Counted from the stretch's first letter, positions 17,941 to 29,775 are shown. The stretch: DNA of 64,000 bases from Cellvibrionaceae bacterium (GCA_050633825.1 JBOEHG010000019.1:881-64880); one strand, 5' to 3'. Translations and numbers: made by a program. Notes: a model not told the origin generated them from the letters alone.

Positions 17941-20241
17941 ATGAAACTGCCGCACTTTTCTATACAGGTCAATCTGCTGATCGCATTAGTCGTTCTTTCA
18001 GGCTTGGTCGTGCTGTCGTCTATTATTGCATGGCTTGCTTTTGACCGGGTCAGTGCCAACCAGAAAGTATTGCTGTCACAATCATTACCAGAGATGCGTT
18101 TTGTTGATCAGACGGTTGATGTTGGTCTTGAACTGCTTGAATTGAGTGCTTCCCTTAACCGTGTTTTATCTTCTCAAGAACTGTCGATACTTGAGCAGCG
18201 CGCTCAAGACCTGTTTGTGGAGATAGAAAAGGAGTTGCAGCAATATCAAGATGATCAATCAAAAACGCCTTTTATCGATTCACTGCAAACAGACACAGAA
18301 AGGCAGGTGGCCAATATTCAGCAGCAGCTCGAATTACAGCGAGTGATTGTATCTGATGCAAATATTTTTTTACAAGAAAAGACACGCCTGCTTTCTACAA
18401 TTGATGCGGCTTTGATCGATATTAAGTTAGTGTCGAGTGAGCTTTCGCTTGAGTCCTTAGAATTATCTGAAGGTAATAATTTGACGGACATTAATTTTCA
18501 AATGGCGGCATTGCAAGAATTGCGGTTTGAAGTTCAAAATATTAAAGCGATTGTAGTTAAAATTGAAGAGGCCAATAGTGTCAGTATTGTTGAGCGTGAA
18601 GAAGATCTTTATCGTCTAACAATGCAAGGGCTTGGTTCTTCTATGCTTGAATTTAAACCCAAGTATCGAACGGTGTTGGCAAAAGATTTTTCCATTTTAA
18701 ATGATGTGTTATCAAAAGAAAATAATATATTTTCTCTTACGGCTAAACAGTTAGAGCGCGTTAATCGTTTAAACGATATTCAAAAAAATAATGCCAGCCT
18801 CAATAAAAAATTAACCAGTACTTATAATGCAATATCAAAAGATGCCAATGATAATTTGGATGTTAAAGCCCAAGATATCCTTAAGGTTGTTGCAACGTCC
18901 AAGGTGATACTTGTTATTACTGTGGTTGTTTCGCTAATTACTGTTCTGATCTTTTCTCTGTTATTTATTAAGCCTCGTTTGGTCAATCGTTTGCTTCGTC
19001 TTAGGGATAATACGCGCGCTATTGCTAATAATCATTACAGTATTGATATTGATACCTCAGGAGACGATGAAATATCGGCAATGGCGACATCATTGGCTTA
19101 TTTTCGTGATCAGTTAGTTGAAAAAGAATCGGTTCAGACAATGTTGGCCGATAGGGAGAAAGCTTTATCGACGATTATTAACAATGCTGTGGAAGGCTTG
19201 TTTACCGTTGATATACAAGGTGTGATTCGCACCTTTAACCCAGCCTGCGAGCATTTTTTTGATGCGGGTGCTGATATGGCTATTGGCGAGAACATAAAAA
19301 TGTTATTGCCCCATGATATGGATGTTTTTTCAGCCCACAGTCAGCGTGCGGCTGGCCTTGAAGGTGATGGTTATATTGTTTGTCAGGAAAGGAAGGTAAG
19401 TGCTTATCGCTATAATGGCGAAGAGTTTTTTGGCAGTTTATCGGTTAGTTTAATTAATTTATCTGGTCGTCATGCCTATAGTTGTTTTCTGCGTGATGTT
19501 ACCCGAGAACATAAAGATAAAGAGAAAATTGAAGCATTGGTTGATAAGTTAATGTTGTCTAATTCAGATTTAGAGCGCTTTGCTTATAGCTGTTCTCATG
19601 ATTTACAAGAACCCGTTAGAATGGTGATGAGTTTTTCCGAGTTGTTGCAGGCAAGGATTGGCGATACCCTCGATGAGAAATCCACAAAATATTTGGACTA
19701 TATATTAAAGGGTGCTTTAAGTGCAAAACAGCTCATTAAAGATATGTTGGATTACAGCCGCCTTGACCAAACCACCACCAAAAAAGAATGGATGTCTGTT
19801 AGTGAGTTGTGTCAGCAGGTTGAGGTAATGATTGTGGCGACATTAGAGCAAAGTAATGGTCGCTTCGAATATCAAAAAGATGAACTAAAAATATATGTTG
19901 TTGCCCCACAAATGGTGCAATTGCTAACAAATTTGATTACCAATGGCTTGAAATATAATGATAGCGATAAACCTGAAGTAAACCTATCGGTAATTAAGGA
20001 GGATAATCATTGGCTTATTTGCGTACAAGACAATGGTATCGGTATTGATCCTCGTTATAATGAGAAAATTTTCGAGGTGTTTAGTCGTTTAGTTAGTAAA
20101 CGTGAATACGATGGCTCGGGTATTGGCTTGTCAATTTGCCAAAAAATTGTTGAAAAGCACGATGGAAAAATTTGGGTTGAATCAGAACTTGGCAAGGGTA
20201 GTGAGTTTTATGTTCGCTTACCCATTAAGAGTAAACTATAA
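17941..20241 (+). CDS. Sensor histidine kinase: TM - ~300-aa helical periplasmic domain - TM - HAMP - PAS - HisKA - HATPase
   Basis: 766 aa. H-box SCSHDLQEPVRMV (the Cph1/phytochrome-type transmitter flavour), N-box LITNGLKYN, G1 VQDNGIGI, G2 GSGIGLSICQKIV. Confidence 0.9.
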   Translation: MKLPHFSIQVNLLIALVVLSGLVVLSSIIAWLAFDRVSANQKVLLSQSLPEMRFVDQTVDVGLELLELSASLNRVLSSQELSILEQRAQDLFVEIEKELQQYQDDQSKTPFIDSLQTDTERQVANIQQQLELQRVIVSDANIFLQEKTRLLSTIDAALIDIKLVSSELSLESLELSEGNNLTDINFQMAALQELRFEVQNIKAIVVKIEEANSVSIVEREEDLYRLTMQGLGSSMLEFKPKYRTVLAKDFSILNDVLSKENNIFSLTAKQLERVNRLNDIQKNNASLNKKLTSTYNAISKDANDNLDVKAQDILKVVATSKVILVITVVVSLITVLIFSLLFIKPRLVNRLLRLRDNTRAIANNHYSIDIDTSGDDEISAMATSLAYFRDQLVEKESVQTMLADREKALSTIINNAVEGLFTVDIQGVIRTFNPACEHFFDAGADMAIGENIKMLLPHDMDVFSAHSQRAAGLEGDGYIVCQERKVSAYRYNGEEFFGSLSVSLINLSGRHAYSCFLRDVTREHKDKEKIEALVDKLMLSNSDLERFAYSCSHDLQEPVRMVMSFSELLQARIGDTLDEKSTKYLDYILKGALSAKQLIKDMLDYSRLDQTTTKKEWMSVSELCQQVEVMIVATLEQSNGRFEYQKDELKIYVVAPQMVQLLTNLITNGLKYNDSDKPEVNLSVIKEDNHWLICVQDNGIGIDPRYNEKIFEVFSRLVSKREYDGSGIGLSICQKIVEKHDGKIWVESELGKGSEFYVRLPIKSKL

Positions 20242-20258
20242 AAGTAGAGGTGTGATGA

Positions 20259-20960
20259 ATGTCGGTGGATGAAGAGTATCTACAAGGCTTGATGCGGACT
20301 ATTTCCCACGATATGGGCGGGACATTGCGTGTTGCTGTTGGTTTTTCAAAACTGCTACTTGATAATTACTCAGACCAGTTGGATGAAAAGGCCATTAACT
20401 GGTTATCAATGATTAAGTCTGATGGTGAGAGAACACAGGAAAAACTGATTGCCTTGTCTCGTTATGCCAGACTATATGACATTCCAGATGCGAAAGTTCC
20501 CTGCGATTTAAATCAATTGTGTGAGCAGGCAATAAAGATATCTGCATTGGATCGTTATCCTGACTTTACCGTAACGGCTGAAGCGCTACCGTCAATGATG
20601 GGGTATGAGCGCCTTTGGGTTGACTTGTTGTCAGAGCTGATTGTAAATAGTGCACGTTATTCTGGTGGTGCCCCTAGCATTAACTGTCGCATCTATTCTG
20701 AACATGAAGAAGGTGAAGTAACAATCAATGTCCATGACAATGGGGTCGGCCTGACAGCCAAACAGATAGAGCAGGCAGTGATGCCATTTCGTGGGGTAGA
20801 TAGTGAGTTTCCCGAAGGCGTTGGGATGGGCTTTTCTATCGTGAAGCGTATCGCTGAACTCCAGGGTGGCCGAATGCAGTTACTTTCTAATGGTAATGGT
20901 ATTGAAGGCTTGGCGATAATGATTATTTTTCCAGAAAGCGTGCTACTTCCGGAGTCTTAG
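20259..20960 (+). CDS. Minimal soluble histidine kinase (DHp + CA only, no sensor domain)
   Basis: 233 aa. H-box TISHDMGGTLRV close to the N-terminus, N-box LIVNSARYS, VHDNGVGL, GVGMGFSIVKRIAELQGG. A GAGG RBS precedes the ATG. Confidence 0.8.
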   Translation: MSVDEEYLQGLMRTISHDMGGTLRVAVGFSKLLLDNYSDQLDEKAINWLSMIKSDGERTQEKLIALSRYARLYDIPDAKVPCDLNQLCEQAIKISALDRYPDFTVTAEALPSMMGYERLWVDLLSELIVNSARYSGGAPSINCRIYSEHEEGEVTINVHDNGVGLTAKQIEQAVMPFRGVDSEFPEGVGMGFSIVKRIAELQGGRMQLLSNGNGIEGLAIMIIFPESVLLPES

Positions 20961-21439
20961 GCGCTGCTTGAGCTCTTCTCTAATAAGGCCATTAATCACT
21001 TTAAGCAGCAAGGACAAGCAGCAGGCAATAACAACAGGGACATAATAACAAAATAGGGAGCAAACTTACCTTCTGTGATATAGACAGATTGGCCCTGTCT
21101 AACGTAAAATGCACATCCAGCCAGAGAGGTACTCTATCGATATTTTCACAAGTATGATTAAGGGTATCAGCTCTTCTAAAGCGAGGTGAATAAGGCCATT
21201 ACGAAGCCTTCCATCCATCTCGCTTTTTTGTACTTGTTATATTGTCGCTTTCAAAAGCTGTTGATCTAATAAGAAACCTATTTAAAAACCATTTTATCAT
21301 TTTCTTGGTTTTTACTGACAGCGTTAGTAAAAGCTTGAATGGCAGCGCACGCACGTACAAGCGGCGACTGTACAAAGCCGTAACGGCCATAATGATAAGA
21401 ATCGTGCAGGAGAAACCCTTGAGTAAAGAGGCCACCAGT

Positions 21440-22603
21440 GTGACTTCCCAATCTAACCCGGCTTTATTAGTGGGGAATAACCGAAAACCCGCGCTACTTG
21501 TATTAGCGGATGGCAGTGTCTTTCGTGGCACCTCCATTGGTGCTGAAGGCACTACTGTGGGTGAAGTTGTTTTTAATACAGCGATGACCGGTTACCAAGA
21601 GATACTCACAGACCCGTCCTATGCTAAGCAAATTGTGACCCTGACATATCCTCATATTGGGAATGTTGGTGTGAATAAAGAAGATGAAGAGTGCGGCTCC
21701 ATTTGGTCCGCAGGCTTGGTTATTCGTGACTTGCCCGCTATCGCCAGTAATTTTCGCTCTCAGCAAACATTAGACGTCTACTTGAAGACCCGTAATATTT
21801 TGGGTATTGCTGATATCGACACACGTAGGCTGACACGCATCCTTAGAGAAAAGGGCGCACAGAACGGTTGTATTATCGCTGGTGACCTGATTAATGAAGA
21901 TGATGCTTTAGCGGCTGCTCAGGGCTTTCCCGGTTTGAAAGGTCTGGATTTGGCTAAAGAGGTTACGGTTTCTGAAGCTTATCCATGGAATGATGGGACT
22001 TGGGACCTTAACGGTGGTTTTAAACAGTCACCTCAGAAAACATTTAAAGTGGTCGCCTATGATTTTGGTGTAAAGCGTAATATTTTGCGTATGCTTACCG
22101 ATCGTGGCTGTGACCTTACCGTTGTGCCGGCTCAAACATCGGCCGAAGATGTTCTTGCTATGGCACCAGACGGTATTTTCTTGTCGAATGGGCCCGGTGA
22201 TCCTGAGCCATGTGATTATGCTATCGATGCTATTCGCGCATTTTTGGCGACTGATATTCCACTATTTGGGATTTGCTTAGGGCACCAATTACTTTCTATT
22301 GCCAGCGGTGCTAAGACGACCAAAATGAAGTTTGGTCATCACGGCGGTAATCACCCAGTACAGGATATTGAATCGGGTCAAGTGATGATTACGAGTCAAA
22401 ATCATGGATTCGCTGTTGATGAAGCCAGCTTGCCGGCCAATGTTAAAGTGACTCACAAGTCGTTATTTGATGATTCATTGCAAGGTATACATCTTACGGA
22501 TAAGCCTGCGTTTGGTTTTCAGGGACATCCAGAAGCCAGCCCGGGCCCTCATGATGTAGCGCCATTGTTTGATCATTTTATTGAACTGATGGAAAACCGT
22601 TAA
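21440..22603 (+). CDS. carA: Carbamoyl-phosphate synthase small (glutaminase) subunit
   Basis: ..[46 protein letters not shown].. and [17 protein letters not shown] align with CarA end to end. Start set at GTG 21440 (AAAGAGG 7 nt upstream); GTG 21470 is an alternative. The ORF-track 5' extension to 21242 has no CarA homology. Confidence 0.9.
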   Translation: MTSQSNPALLVGNNRKPALLVLADGSVFRGTSIGAEGTTVGEVVFNTAMTGYQEILTDPSYAKQIVTLTYPHIGNVGVNKEDEECGSIWSAGLVIRDLPAIASNFRSQQTLDVYLKTRNILGIADIDTRRLTRILREKGAQNGCIIAGDLINEDDALAAAQGFPGLKGLDLAKEVTVSEAYPWNDGTWDLNGGFKQSPQKTFKVVAYDFGVKRNILRMLTDRGCDLTVVPAQTSAEDVLAMAPDGIFLSNGPGDPEPCDYAIDAIRAFLATDIPLFGICLGHQLLSIASGAKTTKMKFGHHGGNHPVQDIESGQVMITSQNHGFAVDEASLPANVKVTHKSLFDDSLQGIHLTDKPAFGFQGHPEASPGPHDVAPLFDHFIELMENR

Positions 22604-22689
22604 GTTACGTTGATATTTTCACATTGAAGTTTTCAATTTGAAATGTTCATTTTGAACTCAATACTACGCTCAAGTTAAGACATTTACTT

Positions 22690-25600
22690 ATGCCTAAAAG
22701 AACAGATTTAAAAAGTATTCTCATCATCGGTGCAGGCCCCATTGTAATTGGTCAAGCCTGTGAATTCGATTATTCGGGTGCACAAGCCTGTAAAGCACTG
22801 AGAGAAGAGGGTTACCGGGTTATATTGGTTAATTCCAATCCGGCGACGATTATGACGGATCCGACAATGGCCGATGCTACTTATATAGAGCCTATCCATT
22901 GGGAGACGGTAGCCAAAATTGTTGAAAAAGAACGACCGGATGCCATTCTGCCAACCATGGGCGGACAGACCGCATTAAACTGCGCACTGGCATTACATGA
23001 AAATGGCATTTTGGAAAAATTCAGTGTTGAGCTAATCGGCGCTAATTATGAGGCAATTCATAAAGCTGAAGATCGTAATGCTTTTGATAAAGCCATGAAA
23101 AAAATTGGTTTGGAATGCGCTCGTGCTGAAATTGTTCACACGATGGATGAAGCATTAAAAGTGCCGAAGCAATTTGGCTTTCCCGTCATTATTCGCCCTT
23201 CATTTACTATGGGCGGCTCTGGGGGTGGAATTGCTTACAACTGGGAAGAGTTTGAAGAGATTTGCCAACGCGGACTGGATTTATCACCTACAAATGAATT
23301 GTTGATTGATGAGTCTCTCTTAGGTTGGAAAGAGTATGAGATGGAAGTTGTTCGAGATAAAAATGATAACTGTATTATCATTTGCTCGATTGAAAACTTT
23401 GATCCAATGGGTGTGCATACCGGTGATTCGATTACTGTTGCGCCTGCGCAAACGCTGACAGATAAAGAACTGCAAATTATGCGTAACGCTTCTATTGCAG
23501 TTTTACGCGAAATTGGTGTCGAAACCGGTGGTTCCAATGTGCAGTTTTCAGTGAACCCTGAAAACGGCCGTTTGGTTGTGATTGAGATGAACCCGCGTGT
23601 ATCACGTTCGTCGGCTTTGGCTTCGAAAGCGACTGGCTTTCCTATTGCCAAGGTTGCCGCGAAATTAGCGGTTGGCTATACGCTAGATGAGCTACAAAAT
23701 GATATTACCGGTGGTGCAACTCCCGCATCTTTCGAGCCAAGTATTGATTATGTTGTCACTAAGATCCCTCGTTTTACCTTTGAAAAGTTTGGTGATGCTG
23801 ATGCTCGCTTAACTACACAAATGAAATCGGTGGGTGAAGTCATGGCTATTGGCCGTACCTTCCAAGAGTCGATGCAGAAAGCCCTGCGTGGTTTGGAAGT
23901 GGGCTCTTCTGGCTTTGAAGCTATTATTGATCTTGAATCTGATGGTGCTATGAGTCGTATTCGTCGTGATCTATCAACCCCCGGTGCTGAACGTATCTGG
24001 TATGTGGGTGATGCTTTTCGTGCGGGAATGACGGTTGACGAAGTCTTCGATCTCTCTGCGATTGACCCGTGGTTTTTGGTACAAATTAAAGAAATTATTG
24101 ATATTGAGCAATCGCTGAGTTCATATGCATTACAAGATTTGTCTGCTGAAAATATGTTATTGCTTAAGCGTAAAGGCTTTGCTGATAAGCGTTTGGCTGT
24201 GTTGTTATCAGAAACTGAAGCGGCTGTTAGAGCGCACCGTCATTCAGTGAATGTAAGGCCTGTTTATAAACGAGTCGATACGTGCGCGGGTGAATTTTCA
24301 ACACCGACCGCTTATATGTATTCGACCTATGAAGAAGAGTGTGAAGCACAGCCTACGACTAACGATAAAATTATGGTCTTGGGTGGCGGTCCTAACCGTA
24401 TTGGTCAAGGTATCGAATTTGATTATTGCTGTGTGCATGCGGCTCTGGCCATGCGCGAAGATGGTTATGAAACGATTATGGTTAATTGTAATCCTGAGAC
24501 TGTTTCAACGGATTATGACACCTCTGATCGACTCTTTTTCGAACCAGTTACCTTAGAAGATGTTCTCGAAATTGTTCATAAAGAAAACCCTAAAGGGGTT
24601 ATTGTGCAATTTGGTGGTCAGACACCGTTGAAGTTAGCGCGAGCACTGGAAGCAGAGGGCGTCCCCATTATTGGTACAAGCCCTGATGCGATTGATAGAG
24701 CGGAAGACCGTGAACGCTTCCAGCAGATGATTCAGGAGTTAGGCCTTAAACAGCCATCTAATGCGATTGTGCGTTCAACTGAAGAAGCGCTGAATGTTGC
24801 CGAAGGCGTGGGTTATCCCTTAGTTGTTCGTCCCTCTTATGTATTAGGTGGTCGTGCAATGGAAATTGTTTACAATGTTAAAGAATTAAAGTCTTATATG
24901 ACTGAAGCTGTACAGGCTTCAGACGATGCGCCGGTCTTACTCGATCACTTTTTAAATGCAGCAATAGAAGTTGATATCGATGCAGTCAGTGACGGTAAGC
25001 AAGTCGTTATTGGCGCGATTATGCAACACATTGAACAGTGTGGAGTACACTCCGGTGACTCAGCCTGTTCTTTGCCGCCTTATTCATTACCGGAACCGGT
25101 ACAAAATGAAATGCGTGAGCAAGTGAAAAAGATGGCGGTTGAACTGGGTGTGGTTGGTTTAATGAACGTGCAGCTTGCTTATCAGGATAGTGAAATTTAC
25201 GTGATCGAAGTGAACCCGCGTGCATCACGTACGGTTCCTTTTGTGTCAAAGTGTATTGGTACTTCTTTGGCAAAAGTCGCTGCACGTTGTCAGGCTGGCT
25301 ACACTTTAGAGCAACAAAATTTTACTAAAGAAGTGGTTCCGGATTACTTTAGTGTTAAAGAAGCTGTATTCCCGTTTAATAAATTCCCAGCAGTTGATCC
25401 CATCTTGGGGCCTGAAATGAAATCGACCGGTGAAGTTATGGGTGTGGGTGATACTTTCGCAGAAGCCTACGGTAAAGCACAGCAGGGTGCGGGTGATGCA
25501 ATCCCTGCATCAGGTAAAGTATTTATCAGTGTGCGTGATTTTGATAAGCCCGGCATTGCGAATATTGCCAAAGGTTTTTCTAATCTTGGATTTGAGATTG

Positions 25601-25911
25601 TTGCCACTCGTGGTACGGCGACGATTTTAACTGAGGCAGGACTCGATGTGACCGTGGTCAATAAAGTCGCTGAGGGTCGCCCGCATATTGTGGATATGAT
25701 TAAAAATGATGAGATTACCTTGGTACTGAATACCACTGAAGGTAAGCAAGCCATTAGTGACTCAGCCAGCATTCGTCGCAGTGCGGAAAATCATTCCGTA
25801 TATTACACAACAACTTTAGCGGGCGGTGAAGCAGTTTGTTTATCGTTGCAAGAAGGTCAGAATTATCAAGTAAGACGCTTGCAAGATTTACACAAAAGAG
25901 TGACTTCTTAA
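22690..25911 (+). CDS. carB: Carbamoyl-phosphate synthase large subunit
   Basis: 1073 aa. [30 protein letters not shown].., duplicated ATP-grasp halves and a C-terminal MGS-like domain. Confidence 0.99.
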   Translation: MPKRTDLKSILIIGAGPIVIGQACEFDYSGAQACKALREEGYRVILVNSNPATIMTDPTMADATYIEPIHWETVAKIVEKERPDAILPTMGGQTALNCALALHENGILEKFSVELIGANYEAIHKAEDRNAFDKAMKKIGLECARAEIVHTMDEALKVPKQFGFPVIIRPSFTMGGSGGGIAYNWEEFEEICQRGLDLSPTNELLIDESLLGWKEYEMEVVRDKNDNCIIICSIENFDPMGVHTGDSITVAPAQTLTDKELQIMRNASIAVLREIGVETGGSNVQFSVNPENGRLVVIEMNPRVSRSSALASKATGFPIAKVAAKLAVGYTLDELQNDITGGATPASFEPSIDYVVTKIPRFTFEKFGDADARLTTQMKSVGEVMAIGRTFQESMQKALRGLEVGSSGFEAIIDLESDGAMSRIRRDLSTPGAERIWYVGDAFRAGMTVDEVFDLSAIDPWFLVQIKEIIDIEQSLSSYALQDLSAENMLLLKRKGFADKRLAVLLSETEAAVRAHRHSVNVRPVYKRVDTCAGEFSTPTAYMYSTYEEECEAQPTTNDKIMVLGGGPNRIGQGIEFDYCCVHAALAMREDGYETIMVNCNPETVSTDYDTSDRLFFEPVTLEDVLEIVHKENPKGVIVQFGGQTPLKLARALEAEGVPIIGTSPDAIDRAEDRERFQQMIQELGLKQPSNAIVRSTEEALNVAEGVGYPLVVRPSYVLGGRAMEIVYNVKELKSYMTEAVQASDDAPVLLDHFLNAAIEVDIDAVSDGKQVVIGAIMQHIEQCGVHSGDSACSLPPYSLPEPVQNEMREQVKKMAVELGVVGLMNVQLAYQDSEIYVIEVNPRASRTVPFVSKCIGTSLAKVAARCQAGYTLEQQNFTKEVVPDYFSVKEAVFPFNKFPAVDPILGPEMKSTGEVMGVGDTFAEAYGKAQQGAGDAIPASGKVFISVRDFDKPGIANIAKGFSNLGFEIVATRGTATILTEAGLDVTVVNKVAEGRPHIVDMIKNDEITLVLNTTEGKQAISDSASIRRSAENHSVYYTTTLAGGEAVCLSLQEGQNYQVRRLQDLHKRVTS

Positions 25912-25943
25912 GCTAAGCAGCACAACGAATAAAGAGAAATAAA

Positions 25944-26420
25944 ATGAACAAAGTTCCAATGACAAAAGTCGGTGCAGATGCTCTGGAAGCTGAATTAGAC
26001 GATTTAAAAAAAGTACAACGTCCTCGTATTGTGCAAGCGATTGCAGAAGCGCGTGAGCACGGTGATTTAAAAGAAAATGCTGAATATCATGCTGCGCGTG
26101 AGCAGCAAAGTTTTTGTGAAGGCCGCATTCAAGAAATTGAAGGAAAGTTGTCTTACGCTCAAATTATCGATATCACAACCCTCCCAGAAGGGGATAAAGT
26201 TATCTTTGGTTCAACCGTCGATATTCTCAACCTTGATACAGATGAGATGGTGACCTACCAAATCGTGGGTGATGACGAAGCCGATGTAAAGTCTGCAAAA
26301 ATTTCTTATAGCTCACCAATTGCAAGAGGCTTAATCGGCAAAGAAGTCGGTGACGAAGTCAGTATTCAAACCCCTTCAGGTGAAGTGGCTTATGAAATTG
26401 ACAGTGTTAAGCATATTTAA
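25944..26420 (+). CDS. greA: Transcription elongation factor GreA
   Basis: 158 aa. N-terminal coiled coil (..[21 protein letters not shown]..) and a C-terminal [16 protein letters not shown] domain. Confidence 0.97.
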   Translation: MNKVPMTKVGADALEAELDDLKKVQRPRIVQAIAEAREHGDLKENAEYHAAREQQSFCEGRIQEIEGKLSYAQIIDITTLPEGDKVIFGSTVDILNLDTDEMVTYQIVGDDEADVKSAKISYSSPIARGLIGKEVGDEVSIQTPSGEVAYEIDSVKHI

Positions 26421-26467
26421 TCTAGACTAAATTAATACTCACTTTAGTTGTATTTAAACAAAACTAT

Positions 26468-26502
26468 AAAAAAAGCCCTTTGATTACTCAAAGGGCTTTT
26501 TT
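26468..26502. terminator. Bidirectional rho-independent terminator between greA (+) and oadB (-)
   Basis: AAAAAAA-GCCCTTTGA-TTAC-TCAAAGGGC-TTTTTT: perfect 9-bp GC-containing stem flanked by an A-run and a T-run. Confidence 0.9.
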
Positions 26503-26523
26503 GTTTGTCATTGAAAATATTAC

Positions 26524-27690
26524 TTAATTAAAATAGCTAATCATGACACCCGCAGCAATGGCTGAGCCGATAACACCGGCTACGTTGGGCCCCATGGCAT
26601 GCATCAATAAGAAGTTTTGACTGTTTGCTTCCAAGCCGACTTTATTCGATACCCGTGCCGCCATGGGTACAGCAGACACACCGGCTGATCCAATCAGTGG
26701 GTTGATCTTAGTATGTAAGAATAAGTTCATAAACTTAGCCATCAGTACGCCTGTTGCCGTACCGATGCAGAAAGCCACTAAGCCAAGAACCAATATGCCG
26801 AGTGTTTCAAAGTTAAGGAAAGTATCAGCATTCAGTTTTGAGCCTACGGCTAAACCAAGAAAGATAGTCACAATATTAATGAGTGCATTTTGTGCAGTAT
26901 CACTTAAACGATCAACAACACCACATTCTTTCATAAGGTTACCGAAACAAAACATCCCGAGTAAAGGCGCAGCACTGGGTAAGAAGAATGCCACTAGGAT
27001 AAGAACGGCTAGAGGGAAGCAAATCTTTTCCAGTTTAGTGACCGGGCGCAATTGTTTCATTTCAATCTTGCGCTCATCTACTGTTGTTAAAGCCTTCATG
27101 ATTGGCGGTTGTATCAGTGGTACTAATGCCATATAGGAATATGCAGCAACAGCAATGGGCCCTAGTAGATCTGGTGCTAATTTACTGGCAACAAAGATGG
27201 ATGTAGGACCATCTGCACCACCAATAATACCAATAGCAGCAGCTTCCATTAGAGAGAAGTCAACAAGGCCTGTTGAGGTTAATACCATTGCGCCCAGCAC
27301 GGTGGCAAAAATACCAAACTGTGCGGCAGCCCCTAAGAATAACATTTTAGGGTTGGCTAATAACGGACCGAAATCAGTCATTGCACCGACACCCATAAAG
27401 ATCAGCAGTGGAAAGATGCCGGTATCAACACCAAGGTGGAATACATAATAAAGTAAGCCACCCGCGCTTTCTAAATGGCCTTGCGCATCATAAACCGGGG
27501 CATCGTACATACCAGCCCCCGGAATATTCACTAACAAGGTTCCCATTCCGATAGTAACAAGTAAGAGAGGCTCAAACTTTTTACCAATAGCCAAATACAA
27601 CAATACTAAGGCTACCAACATCATTGAGGCCTGCCCCAATGTTAAATTAGCAATACCGGAATCCAGTAATAATGCGTTCAGTTTTTCCAT
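26524..27690 (-). CDS. oadB: Oxaloacetate decarboxylase (Na+-pumping) beta subunit
   Basis: 388 aa polytopic protein. ..[31 protein letters not shown].. is typical of OadB/GcdB-family Na+-translocating decarboxylase beta subunits. Sits downstream of oadA. Confidence 0.93.
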   Translation of the reverse strand: MEKLNALLLDSGIANLTLGQASMMLVALVLLYLAIGKKFEPLLLVTIGMGTLLVNIPGAGMYDAPVYDAQGHLESAGGLLYYVFHLGVDTGIFPLLIFMGVGAMTDFGPLLANPKMLFLGAAAQFGIFATVLGAMVLTSTGLVDFSLMEAAAIGIIGGADGPTSIFVASKLAPDLLGPIAVAAYSYMALVPLIQPPIMKALTTVDERKIEMKQLRPVTKLEKICFPLAVLILVAFFLPSAAPLLGMFCFGNLMKECGVVDRLSDTAQNALINIVTIFLGLAVGSKLNADTFLNFETLGILVLGLVAFCIGTATGVLMAKFMNLFLHTKINPLIGSAGVSAVPMAARVSNKVGLEANSQNFLLMHAMGPNVAGVIGSAIAAGVMISYFN

Positions 27691-27709
27691 GGATATGCTC
27701 TTTAAAAAG

Positions 27710-29509
27710 TTATAGCGTTAATAAAGTATCGCCAACAGAGACGGAGTCGCCTTCGCTAACGTTAATGGTGCCAATAGTGCCGGAGCGTGACGCTTTAATG
27801 TCAGTTTCCATTTTCATGGCTTCGAGGATAATTAAAGTATCCCCTTCATTAACTGCTTGACCGGCTTGAACACAAACTTTGAAAATATTACCCGCTAAAG
27901 GCGCAGATACTGGTTCACCGGATGATGCACTTACAGGAGCCGCTGCAGGTGTAACAGGTGCGTCTGCGCCGGCAGCAACATTGGCAGAATAACTTTTGCC
28001 GTCTACATTAACATTGACCTGACCGCTACCATCCACCTGTGCAATATAAGTTCTGCCATTGAGGCTAATGGTATAAGTGCCATCATCGCTGGCGGTAGCC
28101 GAGCCACTACTACCTGTTGGGGCTGGCTCGAATGCATCAGGGTTGCCTCGGTTTTCGAGGAATTTAAGGCCAATCTGTGGGAATAGTGCGAGTGTCAGTG
28201 CATCGTCTATTGAATCTTCAGCCAGTGAGAAACCTTTTTCTTTCGATTCACTTTCAAGCTCTGCGATAAGCTTGTCCATCTCTGGTTCAATCAGATCAGC
28301 AGGCCGGCCAGTAACAGGTTCAGCGCCATCAAGAACACGATTGCGTAGCTCTTCGTTGAATGGAGCGGGGGCCGAGCCGTATTCACCTTTTAAGATACCT
28401 TGAGTTTCTTTAGAAATGCTCTTATAACGCTCACCGGTTAATACATTGAGTACAGCTTGCGTACCTACGATTTGAGAGGTAGGTGTTACCAGTGGGATAT
28501 AGCCTAAGTCTTCACGAACACGGGGAATTTCGTTAAGAACTTCATCAAACTTATCGCCAGCGCCTTGTTCTTTTAACTGGCTTTCCATATTGGTCAACAT
28601 GCCGCCAGGCACCTGTGCGATGAGAATGCGAGCATCAACGCCTCTAAGTGCACCTTCAAATTTTGCATACTTCTTACGAACATCGCGGAAGTAAGAGGCA
28701 ATTTCTTCTAACAGTGTTAAATCAAGCTTCGGATCGCGTTCAGTACCGGCTAAAGCAGCAACAATTGACTCGGTGGGTGAATGCCCATAAGTCATCGACA
28801 TTGATGATATTGCTGTATCAACGTGGTCAATACCGGCTTCAATGGCTTTCAACAATGTCATTGATGAAAGGCCTGCAGTAGCGTGAGCATGCAGGGCAAT
28901 CGGTATGTCGAGTGCTTTTTTCAATTCACTGACTAATTCGAAAGCATCATAAGGTGTTAGGATCCCTGCCATATCTTTAATGGCAAGTGACTCTGCGCCC
29001 ATATCTTCGATCTGCTTCGCAAGATCAACCCAGCCTTGTTTCGTATGTACCGGGCTAGTGGTATATGAAATAGTACCTTGGGCATGGCCACCTTGCTTCT
29101 TGACCGCAGCCATGGCGGTTTTAAGGTTGCGTGGATCATTCATCGCATCAAATATGCGGAAAACGTCAACACCGTTGGTCACAGCACGTTCAACAAACTT
29201 CTCAACAACATCATCCGCATAATGACGATAACCTAATAAGTTTTGTCCACGAATCAACATTTGTTGTTTGGTCTTAGGCATTACTTTTTTCAGCTCACGA
29301 ATACGATCCCATGGATCTTCGCCTAAATAACGGATGCAAGAATCAAAGGTTGCGCCACCCCATGACTCAATTGACCAGTAACCGACTTGATCAAGTTTTT
29401 CTGCAATAGGGAGCATATCGTCGATACGAAGGCGAGTTGCAAACAAAGACTGATGAGCATCACGTAGAACCACATCAGTGATTTTGATAGGAGTATTGTT
29501 AGTACTCAT
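27710..29509 (-). CDS. oadA: Oxaloacetate decarboxylase alpha subunit (carboxyltransferase + biotin carrier)
   Basis: 599 aa. N-terminal HMGL-like carboxyltransferase ([13 protein letters not shown]..), Ala/Pro-rich linker, and a C-terminal biotinyl domain with EAMKMET. Confidence 0.95.
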   Translation of the reverse strand: MSTNNTPIKITDVVLRDAHQSLFATRLRIDDMLPIAEKLDQVGYWSIESWGGATFDSCIRYLGEDPWDRIRELKKVMPKTKQQMLIRGQNLLGYRHYADDVVEKFVERAVTNGVDVFRIFDAMNDPRNLKTAMAAVKKQGGHAQGTISYTTSPVHTKQGWVDLAKQIEDMGAESLAIKDMAGILTPYDAFELVSELKKALDIPIALHAHATAGLSSMTLLKAIEAGIDHVDTAISSMSMTYGHSPTESIVAALAGTERDPKLDLTLLEEIASYFRDVRKKYAKFEGALRGVDARILIAQVPGGMLTNMESQLKEQGAGDKFDEVLNEIPRVREDLGYIPLVTPTSQIVGTQAVLNVLTGERYKSISKETQGILKGEYGSAPAPFNEELRNRVLDGAEPVTGRPADLIEPEMDKLIAELESESKEKGFSLAEDSIDDALTLALFPQIGLKFLENRGNPDAFEPAPTGSSGSATASDDGTYTISLNGRTYIAQVDGSGQVNVNVDGKSYSANVAAGADAPVTPAAAPVSASSGEPVSAPLAGNIFKVCVQAGQAVNEGDTLIILEAMKMETDIKASRSGTIGTINVSEGDSVSVGDTLLTL

Positions 29510-29541
29510 ACTTAATTCCTGTAAAGATTAATGGGAAGTTA

Positions 29542-29775
29542 TTACTTGGCGTTAGCTGCAGAGTACGCAATGGCGGCTACTGCAGCAATTTCTGTATCAG
29601 GTGAACCAATGTTGTGTGACGCTGCGGGAGCAGGTTCTTCATCAGCGATACGTCGCAGTACGGCTGACATGATGGTGACACTAATGACCAGTAGTGTCAG
29701 AAAGACAAAAACAGTGCCCATGCCTAACAACATAAGCTCAATACTATTTGACCAACTTGTCGTCATATTAATCAC
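29542..29775 (-). CDS. oadG: Oxaloacetate decarboxylase gamma subunit
   Basis: 77 aa. A single TM with LLGMGTVFVFLTLLV and a C-terminal IAAVAAIA motif. GTG start at 29775 or ATG at 29766. Confidence 0.85.
   Translation of the reverse strand: MINMTTSWSNSIELMLLGMGTVFVFLTLLVISVTIMSAVLRRIADEEPAPAASHNIGSPDTEIAAVAAIAYSAANAK

Noticed and set aside
20996-21043. A 15-codon minus-strand mini-ORF (MSLLLLPAACPCCLK) in the carA upstream region.
   Set aside because: It is too short and has no Shine-Dalgarno sequence or supporting context. It cannot be distinguished from chance.
21199-21552. The 117-aa minus-strand ORF and the 66-codon 5' extension of carA (21242-21439).
   Set aside because: The minus-strand ORF overlaps the conserved CarA N-terminus and has no motifs. 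The carA extension has no similarity to CarA proteins, and a better RBS/GTG start exists at 21440.
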